A DNA stretch of 64,000 nucleotides from Octopus sinensis (lineage: Eukaryota). Within the stretch, counting starts at the first letter, position 1, and every line of letters starts with the position of its first letter. The notes beneath the pieces were generated by a model that was given only the letters and a program-made list of their open reading frames with translations, ran no database searches and had not been told where the DNA came from. Both the position numbers and the translations under genes were made by a program. The stretch lies in contig NC_043010.1 of NCBI RefSeq assembly GCF_006345805.1, positions 4,278,001-4,342,000 of the forward strand, written 5' to 3'. Positions 13,903-26,294 of the stretch are shown in pieces.

Positions 13903-14060
13903 AGGGAGAGTTTACGAAAAAAACAAAAGACGAAGACAGGTGGTGTATAAAACAAACAAATGTATTAGTATAACGCTCAGGAATAGAAAAAGTCTTTTAC
14001 GTTTCGAGCCTATGCTCTTCTACAGAAAGGGACACAGAAAAAACAAGGAGAGAAACAAAG
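13903..14060 (-). mobile_element. Penelope-like terminal-repeat fragment with hammerhead-like motif (13992-14030)
   Basis: CTTT-CTGTAGA-A-GAGC(ATAG)GCTC-GAAAC-GTA-AAAG. Homologous copies at ~38205 and ~61325. Confidence 0.65.
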
Positions 14061-14277
14061 ATATATATCATCATCATCATCGTTTAACGTCCGTTTTCCG
14101 CGCTAGCACGGGTTGGACGGTTCGACTGGGGTCTGGGAAGCCAGGGGCTGCACCAGGCTCCAGTCTGATCTGGCAGTGTTTCTACAGCTGGATGCCCTTC
14201 CTAACGCCAACCACTCTGCGAGTGTAGTGGGTGCTTTTTACGTGCCACCTGCACAGGTGCCAGGGAGGTCTGGCATG

Positions 14278-14311
<34 letters not shown>

Positions 14312-14512
14312 TATATGCACACACATACATAAATACATGCATGCATACAGACAGGCAGATAGACAGACAGGCAGACACATACACATGCATTTCAGTGTGT
14401 CTGTATCTACTCTTTCAGTCCATCCCTCCTAATACAGCTATGCCTTTGCACTCTCGCTACCCTCCTATTCCTTTTGTAGCTCACTCCACTCTATTCTGTC
14501 TGTGTCTCTCAC

Positions 14513-14774
14513 ATTTTGGGATGGTCATTTTTTTTGTTCCCCTTGCCAAATAAACACATGCACCGTATATATTCATTCTTCACTCGTATTTGTTGTTGTT
14601 CATGTTTCATCTCATATCCGTTGTATGGAAATCTTCACACAGTTGTGTGATGAAAGATTTCCAGATAATGGACAGGAGATAAAATAAGAACGATAATGAA
14701 TGAGTGAAGAACGAACATATAATAGTGTGTATGTTTATTTGGCAAAGGGGGAAAAAAAGGGACCATCCCAAAAT
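14513..14774. repeat. ~260-bp imperfect foldback palindrome
   Basis: Arms ATTTTGGGATGGTC...TGGAAATCTT and AAGATTTCCA...GACCATCCCAAAAT around a CACACAGTTGTGTG centre. Confidence 0.9.
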
Positions 14775-14908
14775 ATAAGAATATCTGTTTCAACACACAA
14801 TTCCACATCATGAATCTTTCAAAACAAATTCATAAACATGTATACGCACACATCCGCACACACACATACATATTATATATACATATATATACATATATAT
14901 ATATATAC

Positions 14909-14943
<35 letters not shown>

Positions 14944-14965
14944 CATATATATATAAACATATATA

Positions 14966-15039
<74 letters not shown>

Positions 15040-15362
15040 ATATATATTTATATATATATATATATAAATATTATATATTATATATATATATATATTCTAT
15101 CCTAGTGAAGTGTACAATGTGGTGAAAGAGTCACAACACATACATACATACATACATACATACAATATGTTTGAAAGTCTTTGTGAAAAATTACTTCATA
15201 TAGTTTTCAAGTGTGAAGAGGATTTTCTTTTTTTAAATCATTTAAAAAAAAAAAATCATGAAATCTTTTATCAGATGTGACTAACCTTTTTTGGAAGAAG
15301 TCTTTTTTTCCTAGTGTGTGAGCGCTTTCGCTTAACCTTTTCAAACACACGTGCTCTTAGCC

Positions 15363-15426
<64 letters not shown>

Positions 15427-16133
15427 GGAAAACAGACGCTAAACAACGATGATGATGATGATCATCATCATCATCATCGTTTAGCGTTCGTTTTCCATGC
15501 TAGCATGGGTTGGACGGTTCTACTGGGGTCTGTGAAGCCAGAAGGCTTCATCAGGCCCAGTCAAATCTGGCAGTGTTTCTACGGCTGGATGCCCTTCCTA
15601 ACGCCAACCACTCCGTGAGTGTAGTGGGTGCTTTTTACGTGCCACCCGCACTGGTGCCAGACAGAGCTGGTAAACGGCCACGAACGGATGGTGCTTTTTA
15701 TGTGCCACTGGCACGAGGGCCAGGCGAGGCTGGCAACGGACACGAAACGGGGCGGTGCTGGCAACGGTCGCGAAACGGAAAGTTCTCTTACATGCCACCG
15801 GCACTAAGGCATGAAATTGCATTTGATCCTCTGGGTGATAACCAATGCAGAGTTGGTGACTTTCTGTGTCTGTTTGTTGTTAGTTTCTGCATTTATTATA
15901 TTTTTAACTTATTATATATACATATATATATATTTCAGTAGGTGAATGAATTATCCTATGCTTATCGTCAGCATGGACAATTCGTTTTACCGACACCTGG
16001 GTTGCAAATTCACATCAGAAACACGGTTGAAACGACCTGTCAAGGGTAGAAACTCTGGTCCATGCAGAAATTTGTGTGTTATATGATAATGAAAGAATGG
16101 AGTCGAACGAAGATGTTAACAAAATCCTTTACA

Positions 16134-16212
16134 CTCGACATATGTTTTGAAGACAGCATGTTTTCATTCCAAAGGAGTAAAGGGTGCATTATGCAATCTT
16201 CTCATCAGGAAA
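16134..16212 (-). ncRNA. Type I hammerhead-ribozyme-like motif (G12A, probably inactive) in a Penelope-like repeat
   Basis: TTC-CTGATGA-GAAGATTGCAT...ATGCTGTCTTC-AAAA-CATATG-TC|GAG: 11-position stem II with 1 mismatch, palindromic stem III, GUC site. Confidence 0.55.
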
Positions 16213-18443
16213 GAAAGGGAGCCTCTCTCGACAACAAGACAAACAAAAATTTCGATGATTGCCTACATGGTAAACAAAGCGATAATGATATATATATACA
16301 AATATATATGTGTGTGTGTGTATGTATGTATATATCTTTTGCCTACCGTCACATAGAAACTGTAGAATGCATTCTGATTGGTCCCCAGAACATCTCCTGG
16401 GCCATTTTTGTTTATACTTGAATCTAACACGCTATAAAAGACAAAAAATGACATCGTGCTGGTTAATTTGTCCAGTTGGTAGAGAGCTGTGAGTGACTGG
16501 TAACATTTCAAATGTCATGTATCCAATCTTAGTTCACATTTAACCTGGGGCCTAATGAAATTTATGGAAGGGTATAGTTGGCTGTATTGTCCCAGTACTT
16601 GACATGTAATTATTTTATTGATCCCAGCAGTATGGAAGGTGAGAGGATCACGTTAAAATATGAGCTCAAAATATGAAGAGATCTGCTCAACCATTTCTGT
16701 CCATCAGTTCTGTCAAATATTGATTTCTTTCTTATGTAGATGGAGCCCTTCTATTTTGGGGAGAAGTTCAGTTGATCATATTGATTCCAGTATCTATCTA
16801 GTACTTTATTTTATTTTTTGACCCTGGAAGAATGAAGGTGACACATTTTAAAGTTTTTGCTGTTGACCACATGTAAATGATAAACAAAGCCCATGAACAA
16901 TTAGTGGAAACTTTGTTTATTGCACATAGTGTTTGCTGTGTTGGTCTTCGGATGAAAAATAAAAATAACACTTTGTACAAACTGAGAAAGACAAACTCAG
17001 TGGTCTACAACAAAATGGCTGGTATGTGACTAGGACATCATAACTGAGGAAATATTGTGCTAAATTCATGATGGCAAATCTATACCTTCAATCTTCATGG
17101 CTGGTGAATGGAAAAACTGAGAAGAGAGTTGCTAAAGCAACTGGCTCAGCCTTCTGAAATTACTGCCAAAAATCTGCCTTTTATAAGACTCATTAGAAGG
17201 TTCTAAAAAGTTGAATCCCATGATGGCTTGATGCTGATTGGTCAGTTAACTGGCTGATCATGTGAAAGGATAATCATCTCACTATGGCATCCATATATGG
17301 CTGTCCAGAAATTCAGTTTCAAAGCTGCTACAATGGTAAAGTTGTCCTTGGTGGGATTAGAAATCAGAGTGTAAAGAACTGTGACAAAATATTGCATGGC
17401 ATTTTGCCCAGCATTCTGATGATTCTGTTAATACATTGTCCTAACTCAGTGGCATAATGTGTGTATGTGTGTCTGGATCAATCCTTGAATCTGAAGCCAT
17501 CCCCCTGTCCAATACAGGATTATACAGCTGACTCAAAGATGCTATCCCACTGCGAGTAATGCACCCTATTCCAAGCTATGCTTCTATTCCAACTTAGTCA
17601 GATATTAGAAACTGAAACTATGGGAAAAGCAGAAGGTTTGAGCAATGGATTTCTAAGAATTTCTGTTGACATTTTCTAAGCTAAAAATAAAAAGGTTTGA
17701 AGATCCCAGCTTTTGAGGAAAAATAAATGAATTTTCTTTTTTCTTTTTTTACATTTTATGGAAAACATTTCTGATATAAATTATGATCCAGATGAAAATG
17801 AAGTTAATGAAAATGCAGTGAATTATTTGCTATCTGAAGTATTTAGTTAGAGGCATAAAAAATAATTGTAACATGGTGTTTCATTAACAAAGCAGCTGAT
17901 TTTACAATGACATGTTTTTATCAATTTAATCTGCAGTTAGATGACAGAAGAATATTGCAGTGGCAATTTTGTTGCCAGACATTGCTGCTGCACTGTTGAC
18001 AGGTGGCTTTACTTCATATCCATTATTCATATTGCCTTTAAATCTAGTCTATGCAAAGAAGATAAGGATAAAACGGTTTGTGTATTTGTTTAGGAATAGA
18101 CATTACGTTGGCAATGGAAGAAAAAAACACACGCACACACAAGAATAAAAGAAAAAAAAAGATAAAAGAACTAAGATTAGAAAGGAATTACATTAGTTGA
18201 TAGAGGAAACTGCTTGTTTAATGGGACCAATTTATGAACCCACTTTTCAGAATGGAAAAAAAAAAAAAAGAAAACACGAAATAGAAGTTGTAAAAAAAAA
18301 AACCCATCTACAATAACAAAGAACAAAGTGTTCTTCTTCTGCTTCCTAGCACCAATGCCATCATATTTGAAGTAACTCTATTTCTGATTTCTTTCAGGCA
18401 CAGCAAAATCAATACCACCAACAAAATTGTGGTTTTTAAACAG

Positions 18444-18482
<39 letters not shown>

Positions 18483-18583
18483 ACACACACCACACACACA
18501 CATGCCAGAATGTAATCATGATTCTATATGATTGAATAGAAAATGCATAAATATACAGCTATATCTGCTTATACATAACATAC

Positions 18584-18802
18584 ATGGCATCGTCTAATTG
18601 CATTGGTTCAGTGCGAAGAAATATTATCCCCTATAATTTTTATCACTCCAGCCAACCTGGTCACTGCCAGTATTCAAGTGGAAAAATATATTATCACAGT
18701 AAATACGACTGCACATTCTATGGCTATATCATAAATAGGCATAATCAGAAGCCGATATTATGAAAGCTTTTAGTGGTCTTTTGAGATGAGTCAGCCCTAT
18801 AT
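18584..18802 (-). other. Possible downstream or terminal exon of the minus-strand transcript
   Basis: ctgac...ttttgataaaacag acceptor before 18802 and a possible GTATGT donor after 18584. All frames stop early. Followed by a repeat-poor, U-rich (minus strand) stretch resembling a 3' UTR. Confidence 0.25.
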
Positions 18803-19400
18803 CTGTTTTATCAAAAGGCTAATGAAAAATCTCCAAGTCAGTTATTAGAAAACTTTGAAGCAATACTGGGATGCAAAAACTACCTTTTGCCATAAAATAT
18901 TTTAATATGAAGCAACTGTGACACGAAGCAACTACAAAGTAAAAATATTGAGGAAGAAAAATAATTGCTTTCAAACAACAATTTGGTCGGTAAATTGAAA
19001 AACTTTTATTACCATAGCAAAATACAATCATGAAAGAACCATCAAATAAGACTCCATGCACTGCTTGACCCGCTTGCTAGAAATAGCAGCCAAGCATTCT
19101 TCATTTTTCACAAACACAGGCTTCAAATATGGAAGATTGCGTTAGGTAGTCATAGATACAGTAATGAATGAAAGATAAAAGGTGTCTGTATTGAGTGCCC
19201 TATCTGTTAGAAATAGCAGTCTAAGTTCCTGCAAATCATATAGATACTTTCTTTAAAAAGATTATATTAGGTGATATAATCATAGGCATGCCGTCCTTGA
19301 AAACAAGATGTGGTAATTGTGGCTGGGACGCGTCTGACATGCCTGGCCCATCTGGAACTGACTGCTGGGAGTGTGTGGGGTGGTGGTATTAACAACAGCA

Positions 19401-19624
19401 AGCTGGCAGAAACGTTAGCATGCCGGGCGAAATGCTTAGCGGTATTTCGTCTGCGTTACGTTGTGAGTTCAAATTCCGCCGAGGTCGACTTTGCCTTTCA
19501 TCCTTTCGGGGTCGATAAATTAAGTATCAGTTACACACTGGGGGTCGATGTAATCGACTTAATCCGTTTGTCTGTCCTTGTTTGTCCCCTCTGTGTTTAG
19601 CCCCTTGTGGGTAGTAAAGAAATA
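19401..19624 (+). mobile_element. Family B tRNA-derived SINE with Meta-domain-like core; 16-bp TSD
   Basis: B box GAGTTCAAATTCC, core GCCTTTCATCCTTTCGGGGTCGATAAA..AAGTA. TSD GGTATTAACAACAGCA at 19385 and 19625. Confidence 0.9.
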
Positions 19625-19785
19625 GGTATTAACAACAGCAGTGACAACAACAACAACAGAAGACAAGTTGTGTGTTATTTCTCCTGTGATTTCCATACAG
19701 CATTTTCTTCAATGCATTATCCCACTCAATGGGATATCCTTTTAAAGAGAAATGGGTCTGTAAGCATGTGTATGTGTTGTGGTGC

Positions 19786-19818
<33 letters not shown>

Positions 19819-20735
19819 GTGTGTAGTATTAGAAGTAGTATAGTGAGTTACAGATAGACAATATGTGAACAGTCATGTACTTTAACCAATGTGTAACCAT
19901 GACTGACATTGGAACCTCACTGAAAAGCTATGATTTAAACTATGTTCCATGTTAGCCCATTGTATGTTGCCACAGATTGGCAGTCAGTCTAAGTTGTCCC
20001 CCACTATATGACTGGTATTTTGTTTTACAATCCTGGAAGAATGAAAGGCTAATGTTGACCTTTGCAGGATTTGAACTCAGAATTTAAAGAATCAGAATAA
20101 ATCCCATTAGTTATTTTAACTGATACCCTAGCAATACTGCCAGTTTACCACCCTAGGAATTATGAACATCAATCATGAATCATTCCAAATAACTTTAAGA
20201 TTGCTGGATTGGAAAGTAATCTTTGAGAAATTTGATAATCCACTCTATTGAGATAATTCGGCCCAGATGCTTGCTCACAGACAATTTGGTACAGGTGGCT
20301 GGATTTGGCCAGTTTTGGCAACAGTACCTTTTTGGTACTCGAGGCAAACATACACACACATACAAGCACAGGAATATACACATAGATGGGAAGAATGAGA
20401 GAGAGAGAGCAGGAGAAAGGAGAAGAGAGAGAATGAGAAAGAGAAAATAAGTGAGAGAGAGAGAGAGAGAAGGAGAGAGATTACAATATATTAATTGAAC
20501 ATGATTGACATAAAAGCTTTTCCTCTCATCATACACACGAAGAGAAATATGGTCAAACACATAAACAGAGAGAGGGGGAAGAGGAGGAGAAGAGAAGAGA
20601 GAGAGAGAGAGAAAGGGATTAACTTTAGATAGCAAGTAACTTAGCATTAAATCTGCAGGGCCAAAAAAGCAGTACCAAAACAGCTGTACCAAAACGTCTC
20701 AATTCTCACAAATAAATATGACTTGATAGTTTGTA

Positions 20736-20960
20736 TTGGGTTGTCCGGAAAGTTCATGTCGATTTGTAAAGGAAAGAAACAGGTCAATAAGTTCTTGCCA
20801 TTAAATTTTTAATCAACCAAATATGAACCATTTTGTTGCACAATGCGTCTCCATCGTTCCTTTAACTTGAAAATACCTTCTTCCCAGAATTGAGGTGGTT
20901 TCATGGCAAAGAATTCATCAAGGTATCTTTTTACGTCATCCAAGAAATTGGTTCCAAAGA
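20736..20960 (-). mobile_element. mariner transposon 3' fragment
   Basis: LDDVKRYLDEFFAMKPPQFWEEGIFKLKERWRRIVQQNGSY matches a mariner transposase C-terminus. TA-TTGGGTTGTCCGGAAAG terminal repeat. Confidence 0.85.
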
Positions 20961-21289
20961 ATGTGTGTGTGTGGGGGGTCTCTATGTAGTGAGTTAACAT
21001 GCTAGAAATAGCAGCAAAATTGCCCTCAAATCTATCATACCACTTTTAAAAGATACACTGGATAATGGAGTCCTGAATATACCATGTTTGAAATTAACGG
21101 CAGGATGTTCATGATTGAAACTTGATCATTGGAGCACTCATTGACTGCTGACCTGGGGCAAAGTCAACCTTGGTGGGATAGGAACTTGGAACATAAAACT
21201 GGACAATACGCTTCTAAGTATGTTACCTGGCATGCTAACCACCCTCCTCCTCTGCCTCCCACCACCACCACTACCACCACTGCTGTTGC

Positions 21290-21662
21290 TGTTGAGCAAA
21301 CGGTCTTCGTCCCAGAGCTCGCAAGATGGGAGAAGTCTGAAAAGTGATCCTTTGCTATTCGTAAGACCCACAGAAGAGAAAGCAGATCAACCCCCAACAC
21401 CGAGAGCATCGACAGATGGATAAATGCACATCCAGGCTCAGAGGTTGCATAGGAAGTCAGGGACAAGAAACAAGAAGAAAGAGTGAGTGAAAGTTTGGGG
21501 CAAAAGAGTAAAACAGGGGTCGCCACCACCCTCTGCCGGAGCATCGTAGAGCTTTAGGTGCTTTCACTCGATAAACACACACAACACCCAGTCTGAGAAT
21601 TGAAACCGCGATCCTCCGACCGTGAGTCTGCTGCTCTAACCACTGGGCCATTGTGCCTCCAC
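21290..21662 (-). mobile_element. Family C head with an alternative 3' tail
   Basis: Same first ~185 nt as the 34078-34461 copy, then unrelated sequence ending in (CAG/CAA)n. Confidence 0.75.
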
Positions 21663-21957
21663 TTGCTGCTGCTGCTTCTGTACACAGTACTCAGATGCAG
21701 TACAGCTTATCAGAAAAGGGTTAACGAGACAGAAAGAAAGACAGCAATGAAAGCTGAAAGTAAATGCAGAGTACACAGAATAAAACATGCACAAAAAAGA
21801 AAATTGAATAGCAAAAGAACCATAAAGTGAAAAGGGTGCTTAAGGCATGTGAAGAATGGGATTGGTAAATTTCTGGAAGCACGGAATTTCTTTTAAAGAT
21901 ACCGTTTCCTGGCTGCTAAGAACTGACATGGGTAGCTTATATAGTATAAATAATCAT

Positions 21958-22370
21958 AGGCGCAGGAGTGGCTGTGTGTTAAGTAGCTTGTTTACCAACC
22001 ACATGGTTTCGGGTTCAGTCCCACTGCGTGGCACCTTGGGCAAGTGTCTTCTACTATAGCCTCGGGACGACCAAAGCCTTGTGAGTGGATTTGGTAGACG
22101 GAAACTGAAAGAAGCCCGTCGTATATATGTATATATATGCATGTGTGTATTTGTGTGTCTGTGTTTGTCCCCCTAGAATTGCTTGACAACCGATGCTGGT
22201 GTGTTTATGTCCCCGTCACTTAGCAGTTCGGCAAAAGAGACCGATAGAATAAGTACTGGGCTTACAAAAGAATAAGTCCCGGGGTTGAGTTGCTCGACTA
22301 AAGGCGGTGCTCCAGCATGGCTGCAGTCAAATGACTGAAACAAGTAAAAAGAGTAAAAGAGTAAAAGAGT
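21958..22370 (+). mobile_element. Family A tRNA-derived SINE (~410 bp; probably one of the described octopus OK/OR SINE families)
   Basis: A box TGGCTGTGTG, B box GGTTCAGTCCC, central TA/TG microsatellite, (AAAAGAGT)n tail. More than 20 copies in the window. Confidence 0.9.
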
Positions 22371-22494
22371 ATAACATTTCTCATGTATTCAAAAGTTGAG
22401 ATTTTATCGTTGCCTTTCATTTGTAATTGGTGCACTTACAACTCATAAAACTGTTCAAGGTGAACATTCAAACAGCAACACCTAACCATTCTCA

Positions 22495-22947
22495 AAGGCG
22501 GCGAACTGGCAGAATCGTTAGCACACCGGGCGAAATGCGTAGCCGTATTTCGTCTGTCGTTACGTTCTGAGTTCAAATTCCGCCGAGGTCGACTTTAGCC
22601 TTTCATCCTTTCGGGGTCGATAAATAAAGTACCTATTTCTTTATTAACCACAAGGGGCTAAACACAGAGGGGACAAACAAGGACAGACATACGTATTAGG
22701 TCGATTACATCGACCCCAGTGCGTAACTGGTACTTAATTTATCGACCCCGAAAGGATGAAAGGCAAAGTCAACCTCGGCGGAATTTGAACTCACAACGTA
22801 ACGCAGACGAAATACCGCTAAGCATTTCGCCCGGCATGCTAACGTTTCTACCAATTTCCCACTGGGGTCGATTTAATCGACTTAATCCCTTTGTCTGTCC
22901 TTGTTTGTCCCCTCTATGTTTAGCCCCTTATGGGCAGTAAAGAAATA
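22495..22947. mobile_element. Family B SINE with an inverted family B copy nested inside
   Basis: Plus head 22495-22632, full minus copy ~22630-22860, plus tail 22861-22947. Confidence 0.88.
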
Positions 22948-22984
22948 CATTCTCAAATATATTACTTGAATATTTTGTGATTAT

Positions 22985-23364
22985 ACTCTTTTACACTCTT
23001 ACTTGTTTCAGTCATTTGACTGCGACCATGCTGGAGCACCGCCTTTAGTCGAACAAATCGACCCCGGGACTTATTCTTTGTAAGCCCAGTACTTATTCTA
23101 TCAGTATCTTTGCTGAATGGCTAGGTAACGGGTTGTCAAGCAATGCTAGGGGACAAACACAGACACACAAACACACACATGCATATATATATATACATAT
23201 ATATGATAGGCTTCTTTCAGTTTTTGTCTACCAAATCCACTCACAAGGCTTTGGTCACGAGGCTATAGTAGAAGACACTTTCCCAAGGTGCCACGCAGTG
23301 GGACTGAACCTTGAACCACGTGGTTCATAAGCAAGTTACTTACCACACAGCCACTCCTGTGCCT
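22985..23364 (-). mobile_element. Family A SINE
   Basis: Reverse-complement match to family A. Confidence 0.88.
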
Positions 23365-23664
23365 ATTATGGTTAATTTTTTTGTAAACTCATCAACTGTC
23401 TTTACTGGATATTTTTTCAATTGCCTCTTCTATATGTTTCATAAAGCAATATTAAAGCTTAATGTAATATTGCTTTTAGGCTAGCAATTTCAGTATGTAT
23501 GTGTGTGTGGAGGGTGGGGGTGATCAATTCATCCTGGAAGTCGACTTTGGCAGAATATGAACTCAGAACATAAACATGGATGAAATGCCACTAAGCATTT
23601 CGCTCAGTGTGCTAATGATTCTGCCAGTTTAACATCTTAAAGCTTAATATAATATTATATACAA

Positions 23665-23963
23665 CTAACAGTATCACCCGGCGTTGCTCGGGTTTGTAAG
23701 GGAAATAACTATAAAAGCATTTTTAGACAGTTACTTCCCTTACATAATAGCAAAAAATGCATTAAAAATGGGAAAAAATGATGGTAATTTTTTTTAAATC
23801 GTAGACTCATCGTAGACGTGCGCTAATACCCAGAAGGGCTCGATATGAATCACGACTATAAGATACCCGCTTTTGGTTACACTGCACCGCAAAATGTGGG
23901 AGGAGTTAGGAATCTAAATCGTAGGAGACAGACAGCACACAACTTTTCTTTTAGATATAAAGA
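23665..23963 (-). mobile_element. Helitron-like element with the same 3' end but a different body
   Basis: Shares CAGTATCRCCCGGCGTTGCTCGGGTTTGT end and TATATAAAGA-like 5' end. Confidence 0.7.
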
Positions 23964-24254
23964 TTATTTATGGGGGCAAGCTGGCAGACTTGGTAGCAAG
24001 CCAGGCAAAATGTCTATAGGTGTTTTGCCGGTCCTTATGTTCCAAGTTCAAATTCCACCAAGGTCAATTTTGCCTTTTATCCTTTCAAGGTTGATAAAAT
24101 AAGTACCAGTTAAACACTGGAGTTGATATAATCAGCTCTCATACTCTGAAATTGCTGGCCTTGTGCCAAAATTTGAAACCAATATTATATATAATTATTG
24201 TTAATTGCTTCCAGTTAATCACTGATCAAGTAGATATCAATAACAAATATCATT

Positions 24255-25013
24255 TTTTACTTTTTTACTTGTTTCAGTCATGTGACTGTGGCCATGCTGG
24301 AGCACCACCTTTAGTCGAGCAAATCGACCCCAGGACTTATTCTTTGTAAGCCTAGTAGTTATTCTATCGGTCTCTTTTGCCGAACTGCTAAGTTATGGGG
24401 ATGTAAACACACTAGCCTCTGTTGTCAAGCGATGTTGGGGGGACAAACACACACATGCACACATATATACATATATACGACGGGCTTCTTTCAGTTTCCG
24501 TCTACAAAATCCACTCACAAGGCCTTGGTCGGCCCAAGGCTATAGTAGAAGACACTTGCCCAAGATGCCATGCAGTGGGACTGAACCCGGAACCATGTGG
24601 TTGGTAAGCAAGCTACTTACCACACAGCCACTCCTACAGATATTCTTTTACTTGTTTCAGTCATTTGGACTGCCCATGCTGGAATACCACTTTTAGTTGA
24701 ACAAATCAGCCCCGGGACTTATTCTTTGTAAGCCTAGTACATATCCTACCGGTCTTTTTTGCTGAACCGCTAAGTTATGGGGACATAAACACACCAACAT
24801 CAGTTGCCAAACGATGGTGGGGGGACAAATACAGACACACATATAGACAAGATGGGCTTCTTTCAGTTTCCGTCTACCAAATCCACTCACAAGGCTTTGG
24901 TTGGCCTGAGGCTATAGTAGAAGACACTTGCTCAACGTGTCATGCAGTGGGACTGAACCTGGAACCATGTGGTTGGGAAGCAAGCTTCTTACCACACAGC
25001 CACTCCTGCACCT
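24255..25013 (-). mobile_element. Two adjacent family A SINEs
   Basis: Copies at ~24255-24636 and ~24645-25013. Confidence 0.88.
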
Positions 25014-25459
25014 ATAAGTCACTCCTGTGCCTATATCTATAATAAAATCTAGTGAAACCATGACCATCTCTTCCTTTATTCAGGAATTCTTTACCCTGGA
25101 CTACATTATCGAAACTGTCAAGTGTGATTGAAGGGATATTTGGCTGCTGTTTCTAGCCAGCTTAGCAACCACTTGCTCTCTCTCTTTTTCCCTTCTCTTT
25201 TTATCTCTCTGTCTCTCTCTAATTTTCTCTCTCCCCCCTCTCTCCTCGGATTGTACAGTAGTATATTGGTCAATATTTAGCAAGCAGTTGACAACTGATA
25301 ATCTCGCATGCATGCTGATGCATTTGTGCATTTGAACAGGCAAGCCTGTGCACACGCACACACAGACACAGACATAGGCGTACAAACACACACGTACACA
25401 CACACACACACACACCTACACACACGCACGTGGTTACTTCGTTAATCTGAACTCTACTA

Positions 25460-25495
<36 letters not shown>

Positions 25496-25966
25496 ATACA
25501 AAGGCTTTGTTCTTTGCAAAGTACACTAATAAAAGAACATTACTATTTTGGCGGCAGCAATTCCATTTTTGCTGCAAATGAAAAACAAAAACAAATAAAA
25601 AAATACAAATAAAACAAAAAAAAAAACAAATGACTATTTCGGATATAGATGTAAGACATTAGCTTTACAGACGAGGGGAAATGAAGCTACTGTTTATGGC
25701 TTTCTCACGAGTGTTGTTACTGACACAGGAGCTGTGAAATATCTCAGAAGAGCATGGATATAAAGATACGTTTTTAGCACTGACTCTTTCTTTCTCTCTC
25801 TCTCTCTGTATATATATATATATATGTGTGTTTGTGTGTCTGTGTGGGTGCTCGTGTGTGTATGTATGTATGTATGTATGTGTTATACTCGTCAACTGTC
25901 TTTTCTGAATCGATTTCCTATTTTCTGTCTTATACATTTCATAAAAAGAAATATTGAAGCTTAATG

Positions 25967-26002
<36 letters not shown>

Positions 26003-26240
26003 TGTGTGTATGTGTGTGTGTGTGTTGGTGTGCACAAATATACATACATACATACATACATAAATACACACATACACGTGTATGTGTGTGTGTATAAGTG
26101 TATATCTAGCCGAGACTTTCTGGCTTCTGTAAGGGAAACAACTCTTAAAACTCTCAAGATTATTTTAGAAATGCTATTTTACTTTAAAAATCGACGGATA
26201 ACCACATGTGGGTGCAAGCACACACACACACACACACACA

Positions 26241-26294
<54 letters not shown>

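Noticed and set aside
25695-25737. miR-135-like TATGGCTTT hairpin
   Set aside because: Stem is too short, GU-rich and bulged for a pre-miRNA.
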